A DNA stretch of 64,000 nt from Octopus sinensis (Eukaryota): the NCBI RefSeq assembly GCF_006345805.1, contig NC_043000.1:140802001-140866000 (forward strand). Reading direction: 5' to 3'. The position numbers and the translations under genes are program-made. The notes beneath the pieces are model-generated. The model worked only from the letters and a program-made list of their open reading frames with translations. It was not told the origin of the DNA and ran no database searches. This document shows, piece after piece, positions 1 through 12,984 of the stretch (position 1 is its first letter; the number at the start of each line of letters is the position of its first letter).

Positions 1-3000
1 AAAACAGTATGGCAGTAAGGACTTACAGTTAATTTACCGGATAAAGCAAACAAGGGAAAGACTGAAAAAGAACAATATGATGGTCAAAACAGTATGGCAA
101 TAAGTACTTACAGTTAATTTACAGGATAAAGCAGACAAGGGAAAGACTGAAAAAGAACGATATGATGGTCAAAACAGTATGGCAATAAGGACTTACAGTT
201 AATTTACCGGATAAAGCAGACAAGGGAAAGACTGAAAAAGAACAATATGATGGTCAAAACAGTGTGGCAATAAGGACTTACAGTTAATTTAGCGGATAAA
301 GCAGACAAGGGATAGACGGAAAAAGAACAATATGATGGTCAAAAGAGTATGGCAATAAGGACTTACAGTTAATTTACAGGATAAAGCAGACAAGGGAAAG
401 ACTGAAAAAGAACAATATGATGGTCAAAACAGTGTGGCAATAAGGACTTACATTTAATTTAGCGGATAAAGCAGACAAGGGATAAACGGAAAAAGAACAA
501 TATGATGGTCAAAATAGTATGGCAATAAGGACTTACAGTTAATTTACAGGATAAAGCAGACAAGGGAAAGACTGAAAAAGAACAATATGATGGTCAAAAC
601 AGTGTGGCAATAAGGACTTACAGTTAATTTAGCGGATAAATTAGACAAGGGATAGACGGAAAAAGAACAATATGATGGTCAAAATAGTATGGCAAAAAGG
701 ACTTACAGTTAATTTACAGGATAAAGCAGACAAGGGAAAGACGGAAAAAGAACAATATGATGGTCAGAACAGTACGGCAATAAGGACTTACAGTTAGTTT
801 ACCAGATAAAGCAGAAAAGGGAAAGACTGAAAAAGAACAATATGATTGTCAAAACAGTATGGCAATAAGGACTTACAGTTAATTTACAGGATAAAGCAGA
901 CAAGGGAAAGATTGAAAAAGAACAATGTGATGGTCAAAAGAGTATGGCAATAAGGACTTACAGTTAATTTACCGGATAAAGCAGACAAGGAAAAGACTGA
1001 AAAAGAACAATATGATGGTCAAAACAGTATGGCAATAAGGACTTACAGTTAATTTACAGGATAACGCAGACAAGGGAAAGACTGAAAAAGAACAATATGA
1101 TGGTCAAAACAATATAGCTATAAGGACTTACAGTTAAATTACAGGATAAAGCAGACAAGGGAAAGACTGAAAAAGAACAATATGATGGTCAAAACAGTAT
1201 GGCAATAAGGACTTACAGTTAATTTACCGGATAAAGCAGACAAGGGAAAGACTGAAAAAGAACAATTTGATGGTCAAAACAGTATGGCAATAAGGACTTA
1301 CAGTTAATTTACTGGATAAAACAGACAAGGGAAAGACTGAAAAAGAACAATTTGATGGTCAAAACAGTAAGGCAATAAGGACTTAGTTAAGTTACCGGAT
1401 AAAGCAGACAAGGGAAAGATTGAAAAAGAACAATATGATGGTCAAAACAGTAAGGCAATAAGGACTTAGTTAAGTTACCAGATAAAGCAGAAAAGGGAAA
1501 GACTGAAAAAGAACAATATGATGGTCAAAACAGTATGCCAATAAGGACTTACAGTTAATTTACCGGATAAAGCAGACAAGGGAAAGCCTGAAAAAGAACA
1601 ATGTGATAGTCACAACAGAATGGCAATAAGGACTTGCAGTCAGTTTACAGGATAAAGCAGACAAGGGAAAGACTGAAAAAGAACAATATGATGGTCAAAT
1701 CAGTATGGCAATAAGGACTTACAGTTAATTTAAGGATAAAGCAGACAAGGGCAAGACTGAAAAAGAACAAGATGATGGTCAAAACAGTATGGCAATAAGG
1801 ACTTACAGTTAATTTAGCGGATAAAACAGACAAGGGAAAGACTGAAAAAGAACAATATGATGGTCAAACAGTATGGCAATAAGGACTTACAGTTAGTTTA
1901 CCAGATAAAGCAGACAAGGGAAAGACTGAAAAAGAATAATATGATGGTCAAAACAATACGGCAATAAGGACTTATAGTTAATTTACAGGATAAAGCAGAC
2001 AAGGGAAAGACTGTAAAAGAACAATATGATGGTCAAAACATTATGGCAATAATGACTTACTGTTAACTTACCGGATAAAGCAGACAAGGGAAAGACTGAA
2101 AAAGAACAATATGATGGTCAAAACAGTATGGCAATAAGGACTTACAGTTAATTTACCGGATAAAGCAGACAAGGGAAAGACTGAAAAAGAACAATATGAT
2201 GGTCAAAACAATATGGCAATAAGGACTTATAGTTAATTTACAGGATAAAGCAGACAAGGGAAAGACTGAAAATGAACAATATGATGGTCAAAACAATATG
2301 GCAATAAGGACTTACCGGATAAAGCAGACAAGGGAAAGGTTGAAAAAGAACAATATGATGGTCAATCCATTATGGCAATAAGGACTTACAGTTAATTTAC
2401 AGGATAAAGAAGACATGGGAAAGACTGAAAAGAAACAATTTGATTGTCACAACATTATGGCAATATGCATTCAAAAATTAATTTAGAGGATAATGCAGAC
2501 ATGGGAAAGACTCATAAAGAAAAATTTGATTGTCACAACTGTATGGCAATATGTATTCAAAAATTAATATAGAGGATAATGCAGACATGGGAAAGACTCA
2601 TAAAGAAAAGTTTGATTGTCACAACTGTATGGCAATATGTATTCAAAAATTAGATTAGGGGATAAAGCAGACATGGGAATGACTGAAAAAGAACAATATG
2701 ATTGTCACAACTGTATGGCAATATGTATTCAAAAAGTAATTTAGAGGATAAAGCAGACTTTGGAGAGACTCATATAGAACAATTTGATGGTCACAACTGT
2801 ATGGCAATATGTATTCAATAATTAATTTAGAGGATAAAGCAGACATGGGAAAGACTGAAAAAGGACAATATGATGGTCAATTCAGTATGGCAATAAGGAC
2901 TTACAGTTAATTTACCGGATAAAGCAGACAAGGGGAAGACTGAAAATGAACAATATGATGGTCAAAAGAGTATGGCAATAAGGACTTACAGTTAATTTAC

Positions 3001-6000
3001 CGGATAAATCAGACAAGGGAAGACTGAAAAAAACAATATGATGGTCAAAACAATATGGCAATAAGGACTTACAGTTAATTTACAGGATAATGCTGACTAG
3101 TGAAGATTGAGAAAGAACAATATGATGGTCAAAACAGTATGGCAATAAGGATTTACAGTTAATTAACCGGATATAGCAGACAAGGTAAAGACTGAAAAAG
3201 AACAATATGATGGTCAAAACAGTATGGCAATAAGGACTTACAGTTAATGTACAGGATAAAGCAGACAAGGGAAAGACTGAAAAAGAACAATATGATTGTC
3301 AAAACAGTATGGCAATAAGGACTTACAGTTAATTTACAGGATAAAGCAGACAAGGGAAAGACTGAAAAAGAACAATATGATGGTCAAAACAGTATGGCAA
3401 TAAGGATTTACAGTTAATTTACCGGATAAAGCAGACAAGGGAAAGACTGAAAAATAACAATATGATGGTCAAATCAGTATGGCAATAAGGACTTACAGTT
3501 AATTTAGCGGATAAAGCAGAAAAGGGAAAGACTGAAAAAGAACAATATGATGGTCAAAACAGTATGGCAATAAGGATTTACAGTTAATTAACCGGATAAA
3601 GCAGACAAGGTAAAGACTGAAAAAGAACAATATGATGGTCAAAACAGTATGGCAATAAGGACTTATAGTTAATGTACAGGATAAAGCAGACAAGGGAAAG
3701 ACTGAAAAAGAACAATATGATGGTCAAAACAATATGGCAATAAGGACTTACAGTTAATTTACAGGATAAAGCAGAAAAGGGAAAGACTGAAAAAGAACAA
3801 TATGATGGTCAAAACAGTATGGCAATTAGGATTTACAGTTAATTAACCGGATAAAGCAGACAAGGTAAAGACTGAAAAAGAACAATATGATGGTCAAAAC
3901 AATATGGCAATAAGGACTTACAGTTAATGTACAGGATAAAGCAGACAAGGGAAAGACTGAAAAAGAACAATATGATGGTCAAATCAGTATGGCAATAATG
4001 ACTTACAGTTAATTTAGCGGATAAAGCAGAAAAGGGAAAGACTGAAAAAGAACAATATGATGGTCAAAACAGTATGGCAATAAGGACTTACAGTTAATTT
4101 ACAGGATAACGCAGACAAGGGAAAGACTGAAAAAGAACGATATGATGGTCAAAACATTATGTCATTAAGGACTTACAGTTAATTTACAGGATAAAGCAGA
4201 CAAGGGAAAGACTGACAAAGAACAATATGATGGTCAAAACAATATGGCAATAAGGACTTACAGTTAAATTACAGGATAAAGCAGACAAGTGAAAGACTGA
4301 AAAAGAACGATATGATGGTCAAAACAGTATGGCAATAAGGACTTACAGTTAATTTACCGGATAAAGCAGACAAGGGAAAGACTGAAAAAGAACAATATGA
4401 TGGTCAAAACAGTATGGCAATAAGGACTTACAGTTACTTTACAGGATGAAGCAGACAAGGGAAAGACTGAAAAAGAACAATATGATGGTAATAACAGTAT
4501 GGCAATAAGGACTTACAGTTAATTTACCGGATAAAGCAGACAAGGGAAAGACTGAAAAAGAACAATTTGATGGTCACAACAGTATGGCAATATGTATTCA
4601 AAAATTAATTTAGAGGATAAAGCAGACATGGGAAAGACTCAAAAAAACAATTTGATGGTCACAACAGTATGGCAATATGTATTCAAAAATTAATTTAGAG
4701 GATAAAGCAGACATGGGAAAGACTCAAAAATACAATTTGATGGTCACAACAGTATGGCAATATGTATTCAAAAATTAATTTAGATGATAAAGCAGACATG
4801 GGAAAGATTCAAAAAAACAATTTGATGGTCACAACAGTATGGCAATATGTATTCAAAAATTAATTTAGATGATAAAGCAGACATGGGAAAGATTCAAAAA
4901 TACAATTTGATGGTCACAACAGTATGGCAATATGTATTCAAAAATTAATTTAGAGGATAAAGCAGACATGGCAAAGACTCAAAAAGAACAATTTAATTGT
5001 CACAACATTATGGCAATATATATTCAAAAATTAATTTAGATGATAAAGCAGACATGGGAAAGAATCAAAAACGAACGATGTGATGGTCACAACAGTATGG
5101 CAATATGTATTCAAAAATTAATTTAGAGGATAAAGCAGACATGGGAAAGAATGAAAAAGAACAATTTGATTGTATGAACAGTATGGCAATATGTATTAAA
5201 AAATTAATATAGAGGATAAAGCAGACATGGGAAAGACTGAAAAAGAACAATTTGATTGTCACAACTGTATGGCAATATGTATTGAAAAAATAATTTAGAG
5301 GATAAAGCAGACATGGGAAAGACTGAAAAAGAACAATTTGATTGTTAAAACAGTATGGCAATATGTATTCAAAAATTTAATTTAGAGGATAAAGCAGATA
5401 TTGGGAAGACTTAAAAAGGAAAAATTTGGTTGTCACATCTGTATGGCAATATGTGTTCAAAAATTATTTTAGAGGATAAAGCAGACATGGGAAAGACTCA
5501 AAAAGAACAATTTGATGGTCACAACAGTATGGCAATATTTATTCAAAAATTAATTTAGAGGATAAAGCAGACATGGGAAAGACTGAAAAAGAACAATTTG
5601 ATGGTCACAACAGTATGGTAATATGTATTCAAAATTTAATTTAGAGGATAAAGCAGACATGGGAAAGACTCAAAAAGAACAATTTGATGGTCACAACTGT
5701 ATGGCAATATGTATTCAAAAATTAATTTAGATGATAAAGCAGACATGGGAAAGACTCAAAAAAACAATTTGATGGTCACAACAGTATGGCAATATGTATT
5801 CAAAAATTAATTTAGATGATAAAGCAGACATGGGAAAGATTCAAAAAAACAATTTGATGGTCACAACAGTATGGCAATATGTATTCAAAAATTAATTTAG
5901 AGGATAAAGCAGATATGGGAAAGACTGAAAAAGATCAATTTGATTGTCACAACAGTATGGCAATATGTATTCAAAAATTAATTTAGAGAATAAAGCAGAC

Positions 6001-6058
6001 ATGGGTAAGACTGAAAAAGAACAATTTGATTGTCACCACTGTATGGTAATATGTATCT
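1..6058. repeat. 85-bp tandem satellite (~70 monomers, two subtypes), runs off window start
   Basis: Monomer AAAACAGTATGGCAATAAGGACTTACAGTTAATTTAC(A/C)GGATAAAGCAGACAAGGGAAAGACTGAAAAAGAACAATATGATGGTC recurs at 1, 86, 171, 256 and onward. Subtype B (ATGTATTCAAAAATTAATTTAGAGG) occupies ~2430-2860 and ~4565-6058. Confidence 0.98.
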
Positions 6059-6214
6059 TACAGTATAAAGGTATGAGAAAAAAGAAAATACGAGATAATG
6101 TATTGAAATAATTAAATATAATATCAGTTTAGGATATTAGATATTTAATATTTTAATGATATAAAATGTTTCTCAAAAGCATTTTGTTTTCTTTTTTGTA
6201 TGTTAACTTTATCT

Positions 6215-6418
6215 TTAACCCTTTAGCATTCAGATTATTGTCAAATGTAATTTTTTCCATTCAAATGTAATCAAATTCAAATGTAAGATTACAATGATAT
6301 GATTTTGAATCTTTAGAATAACATTAATGAGTAGGTGTAAGAGGCAAATCTTATCAGTTTTGACATAAAACATACAATATTTGACCAGATATGGTTGGTT
6401 TAAAGGCGTAAGGATTAA
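6215..6418. mobile_element. piggyBac-like MITE (degenerate)
   Basis: Left end TTAA-CCCTTTAGCATT; right end ...AAGGA-TTAA. Same family as 18253-18480. Confidence 0.6.
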
Positions 6419-6645
6419 GGATGGAAAATATTCAATATTTACATCTACTCTACCAATCGTTTTGTTTATCTTTTATGGTGCTAAGGATACAAAAAATTAA
6501 TCTTAACACAACTTATCTCAGACATTGAGGCTGGATTTTTCTTGTCAATTTTCAATATCCTGATAAGTTCCGCCAGCTATTCTGAATAGTAATTTCTTCT
6601 TTTCTGTATTGTTAGATATCTCATTTGTTACATATACATTTGATT

Positions 6646-6960
6646 TTCTCTTTTACTTGTTTCAATGGACTCTGGCCATATTTAGTAAAATAAATCAATC
6701 ACCATACTAATTTCTTATTTAAGCCTGGTACATATTCTGTTGTCTCTTTTTGCCAAGCCAGTGGCAAAAAAGGACGTAAACAAACTAACACTGATTGTTA
6801 AGCAGTAGAGGGAGACAATCACGCACACACACAGAGATTTTGTCTACCAAAACCACTCACATGGCTTTGGTCAGCTCAAGGCTTTAGTAGAAAACACTTT
6901 GTCATGGTGCCATGTGATGAAACTGAAACTAGTACCATGTTGTTCAGAAGCAAACTTCTT
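6646..6960 (-). mobile_element. tRNA-derived SINE family A (old copy), interrupted just after its A box by an ORF1-only element
   Basis: Aligns by eye to the family-A copies at 17667-18060 and 43003-43402. Ends at GAAGCAAACTTCTT (6947-6960). Confidence 0.8.
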
Positions 6961-8996
6961 TATTTCATTAAATTGGCCATATAGGCCTTATACAGAGAAG
7001 CTTGTGAGCTGGACATGGACAAGATGAGATGAAATGAAACAAAATGATGCAGATGAGAGGGATGTCGGCGCCCACCGACTGAAAAACCCTCGAATACAAA
7101 GTTTCTTACCACAATCCTCCTTGTCAGGTCCCCCAAGCAAAGTGACTTGCCGCCTGCAGACAACTCTGCATTGACATGTTGGGGCCTGCAAAGAGGAAGG
7201 CAAATTCTTCCTTGTCAAAGGTCGCTGTGACCTTTGACAAGGAAGAATTTGCCTTCCTCTTTGCAGGCCCCAACTTGACAAAATCTTTTCAGTTACTAGT
7301 TCCGCAGCCACCTGCGGGGGCCATATCGGACTACTTGAGCAGACTGAGAACACACGTTCTCGGTCACCCAAGTCGTCCAAAATTTACTCACCGTCCCTCC
7401 CTCATGGTAAAGGAGAACAAACACTTCCTCTTCACAGGAAGGACCCTCACACTGCTCCGTCAGTGGCACACTTCCCACTGACAGAACCCTATCCGCAGGT
7501 GGCACACATAATCAAACCTGCGGCTCCGTCGGCGGCCCAGAAACATCTGCCGACCGTCCTCTGCTCCTCTTTTTGCTCTTTCTTTTTGAGGCTGCGGGAG
7601 TAGGGGGCTGCATCAACAGACGCGGAAGGGTCGGTACCCTCCTCCGCCGCCTGTACATTCTTTGGTGAGCAACCATTGTTGCTCACCTTTCTTTTTCCTT
7701 TCGTGGAGACAACTTCCTCCACGACTTACACCTTCTCCCCCTCCAATGAGGTGGCGGCGGGCACCTTCTCTTTATCATGCACCAGGGCCCCACCACGGCC
7801 CCCTAGACAGTTCCTCTTGATATGGCCAGACTCCAGGCACAGGTGACACTTGGGGGGGGGCGTCCCTCAAGTATCACCAGCTACCTGTAGCCGGCCATTT
7901 TTAGGAAGTCCAGGAACATCATATCTCCCACGGCCACCAGGGTCCACAGGGTCAAAGTTGCTTTTGACTCCTCCCAGTCGACCACGGAAGTAATCTTCAC
8001 ACTCAATAGCCTGGGCCCGCTATCCCCCAGGCTTTGCCGGATGGTATTCTCGAGCCATCCCACCTCCGTGCCAGGGGGCAGCCCGCACACCCAGGCTCTT
8101 CTTATCTTCCTCCCACAATAAGTGGGGAGAAACAAAATTTCTTTCCCCTCAAGGGGCACGCTGGCAAATCTGCCAGCTTCCTCGGGGGTACCAAACAGCA
8201 ACCAGACCGTTGCAAATTTGGTCCCCCGTGAAATAAATTTTATAGTTGACAGGTAGTCTGCCAACTCTCTCTTTCTATTATACTCTTTTCGAAGAGGGCG
8301 ATGGCACCACACGACCTAGAATAGGTCCGTAGTACCACCGTCCTTTTCTCAAGATCTTTAATCCACTGTTTAGGTGAGACCACCCCCCACTCCAAAGCAG
8401 CGGCACCGTTTGTTTTTTGCCATGTGCAAAAAAGTAAGTCTTAAAAGTTCCAAAAAATGTTCAAAGTTCAAAGAGAATGTAAAAAAGTATTTAAAAAATA
8501 ATAAAACAAAGTAAGTCCAAAAATTAATTAATAGTTCAAAAGGAAAGAGAAAATCAGGAAGAATAAATGGAAAATAGAAAAACAGTTCACACGGCAAAAA
8601 TCCAATCTCCTGGCCAACAGATAATCTCGGCCTAATGTGGATAGTGTCCTTGCATAAATGGTTTTTTTTTTTGTCCGGTAATTGGTAAATTAATCCACAA
8701 ATTCAAACACAATGCTGGCTACAGCCAACGGTAACTGCAACAGGTTCTATTCGGGTGAGGATACGCCCCACCAAAAATGAATTCAATAAATTCTCGATAT
8801 ACAAAAACAGCAGCCGCTGAGAGCAGGCGGAATTGTCCCAGAGCTGAGCACAATTTACTGAAAAAATAATTCACACGCAATAAATTATGCCCGGCTCACA
8901 ACAAAACAAAATCACCTATCTCGACAACCTTCTCTGTTTTTGTTCTTTTTTCTTTTTAGGACGGAGCTCAAAGCTCACGTCCTCAATGTTCAACCG
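6961..8996 (-). mobile_element. ORF1-only non-LTR retroelement (HAL1-like / Tx1-L1-like non-autonomous), copy 1
   Basis: Flanked by 14-bp direct repeats GAAGCAAACTTCTT (6947-6960) and GAGGCAAGCTTCTT (8997-9010). Contains a gag-like ORF1 and no endonuclease or RT sequence. The 5' end carries the hairpin AGGACG-GAGCT-CAA-AGCTC-A-CGTCCT (~8958-8983). Confidence 0.75.
7489..8423 (-). pseudogene. Retroelement ORF1 (RRM-like domain + CX2CX4HX4C zinc knuckle), frameshifted
   Basis: ATG at 8423. The 8312-7881 frame reads ...TIKFISRGTKFATVWLLFGTPEEAGRFASV...FLPTYCGRK...LPP. After a stop and a frameshift in the G9 run it reads EGRPP/KCHLCLESGHIKRNC (~7850-7806), then a K/E-rich tail (7722-7489). Homologous to 36654-37330. 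Confidence 0.8.
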
Positions 8997-9010
8997 GAGG
9001 CAAGCTTCTT

Positions 9011-9340
9011 TATTTCATTTAATTTGCCACAAGGGCAGCACACAGAGAGAAGCTTGCGGGCTGGACACAGACATTAATGGGATGAATGATATGGATGCAA
9101 GGATGATAAGCATTGGAGAAGACGAAAAGCGCCCGCCAAAGTTCGCTTCTGTAAAACATTGTTCTTTTTTCTTTTCTTTTTTTTTAATAAAAAACGCGAC
9201 GAAGCAATAAATCTCTTGCATAGTTCAGAATTCTTTTTTTCTCTTTTTAATGCACAATGAGGCTATAAACCTCGTACATAGTTCAATATAGAATAAAATC
9301 ACACGCACGAGGCAATAAACCTCTAACTTTTTTTACATTT
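9011..9340 (-). mobile_element. 3' end of a related ORF1-only element stacked head-to-tail on copy 1
   Basis: 9011-9150 resembles 6961-7100 (TATTTCATT.AATT.GCCA...CAGAGAAGCTTG.G.GCTGGACA). The upstream boundary is uncertain. Confidence 0.65.
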
Positions 9341-9498
9341 TGTAGACTCTTTTTGAGTCCAAACGTTCAATACTTCAAGTTTTCCGTCCGGGTCTAGGTA
9401 TCCGGTACTTTGATGAATAAAATTTACGCATTATTGAAATATATTGTGATGAATTTCAGGTTTCAACACGTTGCTTATTTTTTTTACTTAGCCTGATA

Positions 9499-9761
9499 CT
9501 TACTAAGATTTTGATTTTTGCTAAGTTATCTCTATGGCCCTTTGATTCTAGACCTTGCTTCCACACCTGAAACATCTTCTCTAGTTCTGTTAGTGATTCT
9601 GCTACAAGAACAAAATCATCAGCATAGAGGAGCTCCCATATGCAGTCTGACTTATATTACTTCGTTATTGCCTGGAAGTCTATGATGAACAAGTGGGGAC
9701 TGAAGACTGAACTTTGGTGAACTCCTACTTGTACCCTGAACTCATCACTATACTCGTTGCC
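9499..9761 (-). pseudogene. RTE-clade LINE reverse transcriptase fragment
   Basis: Minus strand translates to VGVHQSSVFSPHLFIIDFQAITK*YKSDCIWELLYADDFVLVAESLTELEKMFQVWKQGLESKG, containing RT motifs GVxQG.SP and YADD. Confidence 0.9.
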
Positions 9762-9821
9762 AAAACCAGCCCTGATAAAACCATCCAACCCATGCCAACA
9801 TTGACAATGTACATTAAATGA

Positions 9822-9853
<32 letters not shown>

Positions 9854-9856
<3 letters not shown>

Positions 9857-10083
9857 TTCTTTATTACCCACAAGGGGCTAAACACAGACGGGACAAACAA
9901 GGACAGACAAACGGATTAAGTCGATTATATCGACCCCAGTGCGTAACTGGTACTTAATTTATCGACCCCGAAAGGATGAAAGGCAAAGTCGACCTCGGTG
10001 GAATTTGAACTCGGAACGTGACGACAGACGAAATACAGCTACGCATTTCGCCCAGCGTGCTAACGTTTCTGCCAGCTCGCCGC
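9854..10083 (-). mobile_element. SINE family B
   Basis: Near-complete copy (GCGGCGAGCTGGCAGAAACGTTAGC...GAGTTCAAATTCC...GGGTAATAAAGAAATA on minus). Matches 28723-28954. Confidence 0.9.
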
Positions 10084-10208
10084 CTATATATACACACAGG
10101 TACATATGTAAATCCCCAGAAAATAAGAAGAACAAACAAGAAAAAAACAGCATGAGGACGTGGTACATGCAAATTATTGGCAGATGTTCAAGGAGAGAAA
10201 GAAAGGTA

Positions 10209-10244
10209 GTTTTTACGTTTCGAGCAAAGCACTTCATCAAAAAC
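10209..10244 (-). ncRNA. Degenerate minimal hammerhead ribozyme motif (Penelope-type)
   Basis: Minus strand: GUUUU-UGAUGA-A-GUGC UUU GCUC-GAAAC-GU-A-AAAAC. C3 is lost or substituted and stem II has one mismatch. Confidence 0.5.
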
Positions 10245-10363
10245 AGGAGATGGAGGAAAGTCCAAGAGAAAAGGACGGAGGAAAAAAATTGTCAATGATC
10301 CACATGTGGTTACATACATGTATGTATGTATGTATTTATCTATCTATCTATCTCTCTCTCTCT

Positions 10364-10398
<35 letters not shown>

Positions 10399-11125
10399 TA
10401 TGTGTGTGTGTGAGTTTGTATATATAAATATATGTACACACAGAGTACTCTTCTTTCAATTTCTGTCAAAGAAATTCACTTCCAATCAGTCCAGGTAAAT
10501 GTTCACTTGACATGTAAAATTGTCTCAGGGATCATGTAAAATTTGATCTAATATATAGCATGATTGTTTCTAGATCACAGAATATACATATTTTCTTTTA
10601 CTTTTAAATAGGATTTACACGTGGAAATAAACATCTTCCTCGGGGAATTCACCTTTGCAACTATCAACTGAGTCACACCTCTCTTCTTCGCAGTTACGCA
10701 TTCATAGATGAAGAACTGAAGATCTTCAAATGCGATGACCAAGATTAGGTAAAAAAAAAAAAAAAAAGCAAAACAAGAATAAAAAAAAAAGAAATAAAAG
10801 CAAGAATAGAATTATGTGAGATATTCAATACCTCTACAAGCCTGATGAGAAAATATGTGCATTGGTGTGTATGTTTATTAATGTATTTTTTTGTAGACAT
10901 CTTACAAACGAAAAACAAAGCTTAAAACAATAAAGATACCTATCAGATGTGGTTTTGGGTATTAATTACAAGAGTTCAGTTTGTAAATCAATAGATGTTT
11001 GTTTATTGTTCTTGAAAATCAGGAGAAACCACCCTGTACATTAATCAATTATGGTAGATGAGATCACAGCAATAGTCTCTGAGGGAATCAAGTCTTTTAC
11101 ACTGAAATCAATCAGTGAATGCACA

Positions 11126-11660
<535 letters not shown>

Positions 11661-12593
11661 CTACATAGGTATATGTTACCATATACACATGTGAACATTT
11701 ACCTCTGCTTATATACATGCACAACCATAACAGCATAAACATCAAACTATACGTAACTGTGCATACATGCAACAAGAAACACATAAAACATACACGCATA
11801 CATATAGAAATGTGAGTATACATAAATAGATGCATCCAAGCATACCTACCTACCTATCTACCTACATGCAGATATACATACATACATATATACATACATA
11901 CATAATACATACATACATACAACATAGCTGGCCAGCCAATATATTGCTGGTGCACTAAAATTCACACACACACATTTATACATACTTATATACACGTATA
12001 TACATAAAACTTCTCACTGAGAGTTCTGAAGATTAATATAAAGAGATTTTGTTTATTATCTCCATAACAAGCAAGAATTAATGTTTATTTATATTTATCG
12101 AATTATATATGGGCAAATTGTTTTGTTATGTTCTGGTAAGTGAAATACCCTGGTGAATCTGTTTAAATAACTTGGGTAATATAATAATATTGTGGAAACA
12201 TATTCTAACAAAATTGGGTTTTATTTATGTTTTATTATTTTTAAGTTCCACTTTGATTACTCATAAAGAATTTTATAGAAATTTAAACATTAAAACAAAT
12301 GGGGAAAATAAAATCAGTCTATTCTACATTTAAAAGTTTGACAAGGAAGTCAATTGGAAGAGAAAGTTTGTGGCATGAGCTACAAAATCTACTGAGAAGG
12401 TATGGATTACCAGAAAGCAAAATCACAGTTTCAGTTCCTGGTTACAGCAAATTCATAAATTTTTGTTACTAAAAATTGAGTGAGGTAGAAAAGTCAGAAC
12501 ATGCAATATACATTTTGTCTTTCAATCTGAGGACTTTAGCTTCATCATCATCATCATCATTGTCATTTTAATGTGCACTTATCCATATATATT

Positions 12594-12978
12594 GGTGGAA
12601 GCACTCCGTCGGTTACGACGATGAGGGTTCCGGTTGATCCAAATCAACGGAACAGCCTGCTCGTGAAATTAACGTGTAAGTGGCTGAACACTCCACAGAC
12701 ACGTGCACCCTTAACGTAGTTCTCGGGGATATTCAGCATGACACAGAGAGTACAAGGCTGGCCCCTTGCAATACAGGTACAACAGAAACAGGAAGTAAGA
12801 TTGAGAGAAAGTTGTGGTGAAAGAGTACAGCAGGGATCACCACCATCCCCTGCCGGAGCCTCGTGGAGCTTTTAGGTGCTTTCGCTCAATAAACACTCAC
12901 AACGCCCGGTCTGGGAATCGAAACCGCGATCCTATGACCGCAAGTCCGTTGCCCTAACCACTGGGCCATTGCGCCTCC
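12594..12978 (-). mobile_element. tRNA-derived SINE family D
   Basis: Minus-strand head GGAGGCGCAATGGCCCAGTGGTTAGGGCAACGGACTTGCGGTCATAGGATCGCGGTTTCGATTCCCAGACC has A and B boxes and a tRNA-Arg-like GCG loop. Confidence 0.85.
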
Positions 12979-12984
12979 ATGCAC

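Noticed and set aside
1645-5361. Minus-strand 62-98 aa ORFs in the satellite
   Set aside because: They are translations of the 85-bp repeat; the period is not a multiple of 3, so frames shift with each monomer.
10612-10748. Plus-strand AG...TAG|GT exon-like segment (FTRGNKHLPRG...FIDEELKIFKCDDQD*); similar case at 46991-47108
   Set aside because: The only open frame ends in a stop at the putative donor, and I recognise no homology. It could be a terminal or non-coding exon but is unsupported.
12900-12978. Genuine tRNA gene (also heads at 15031, 22205, 43583)
   Set aside because: The acceptor stem is not closed and each head continues into a multicopy SINE body.
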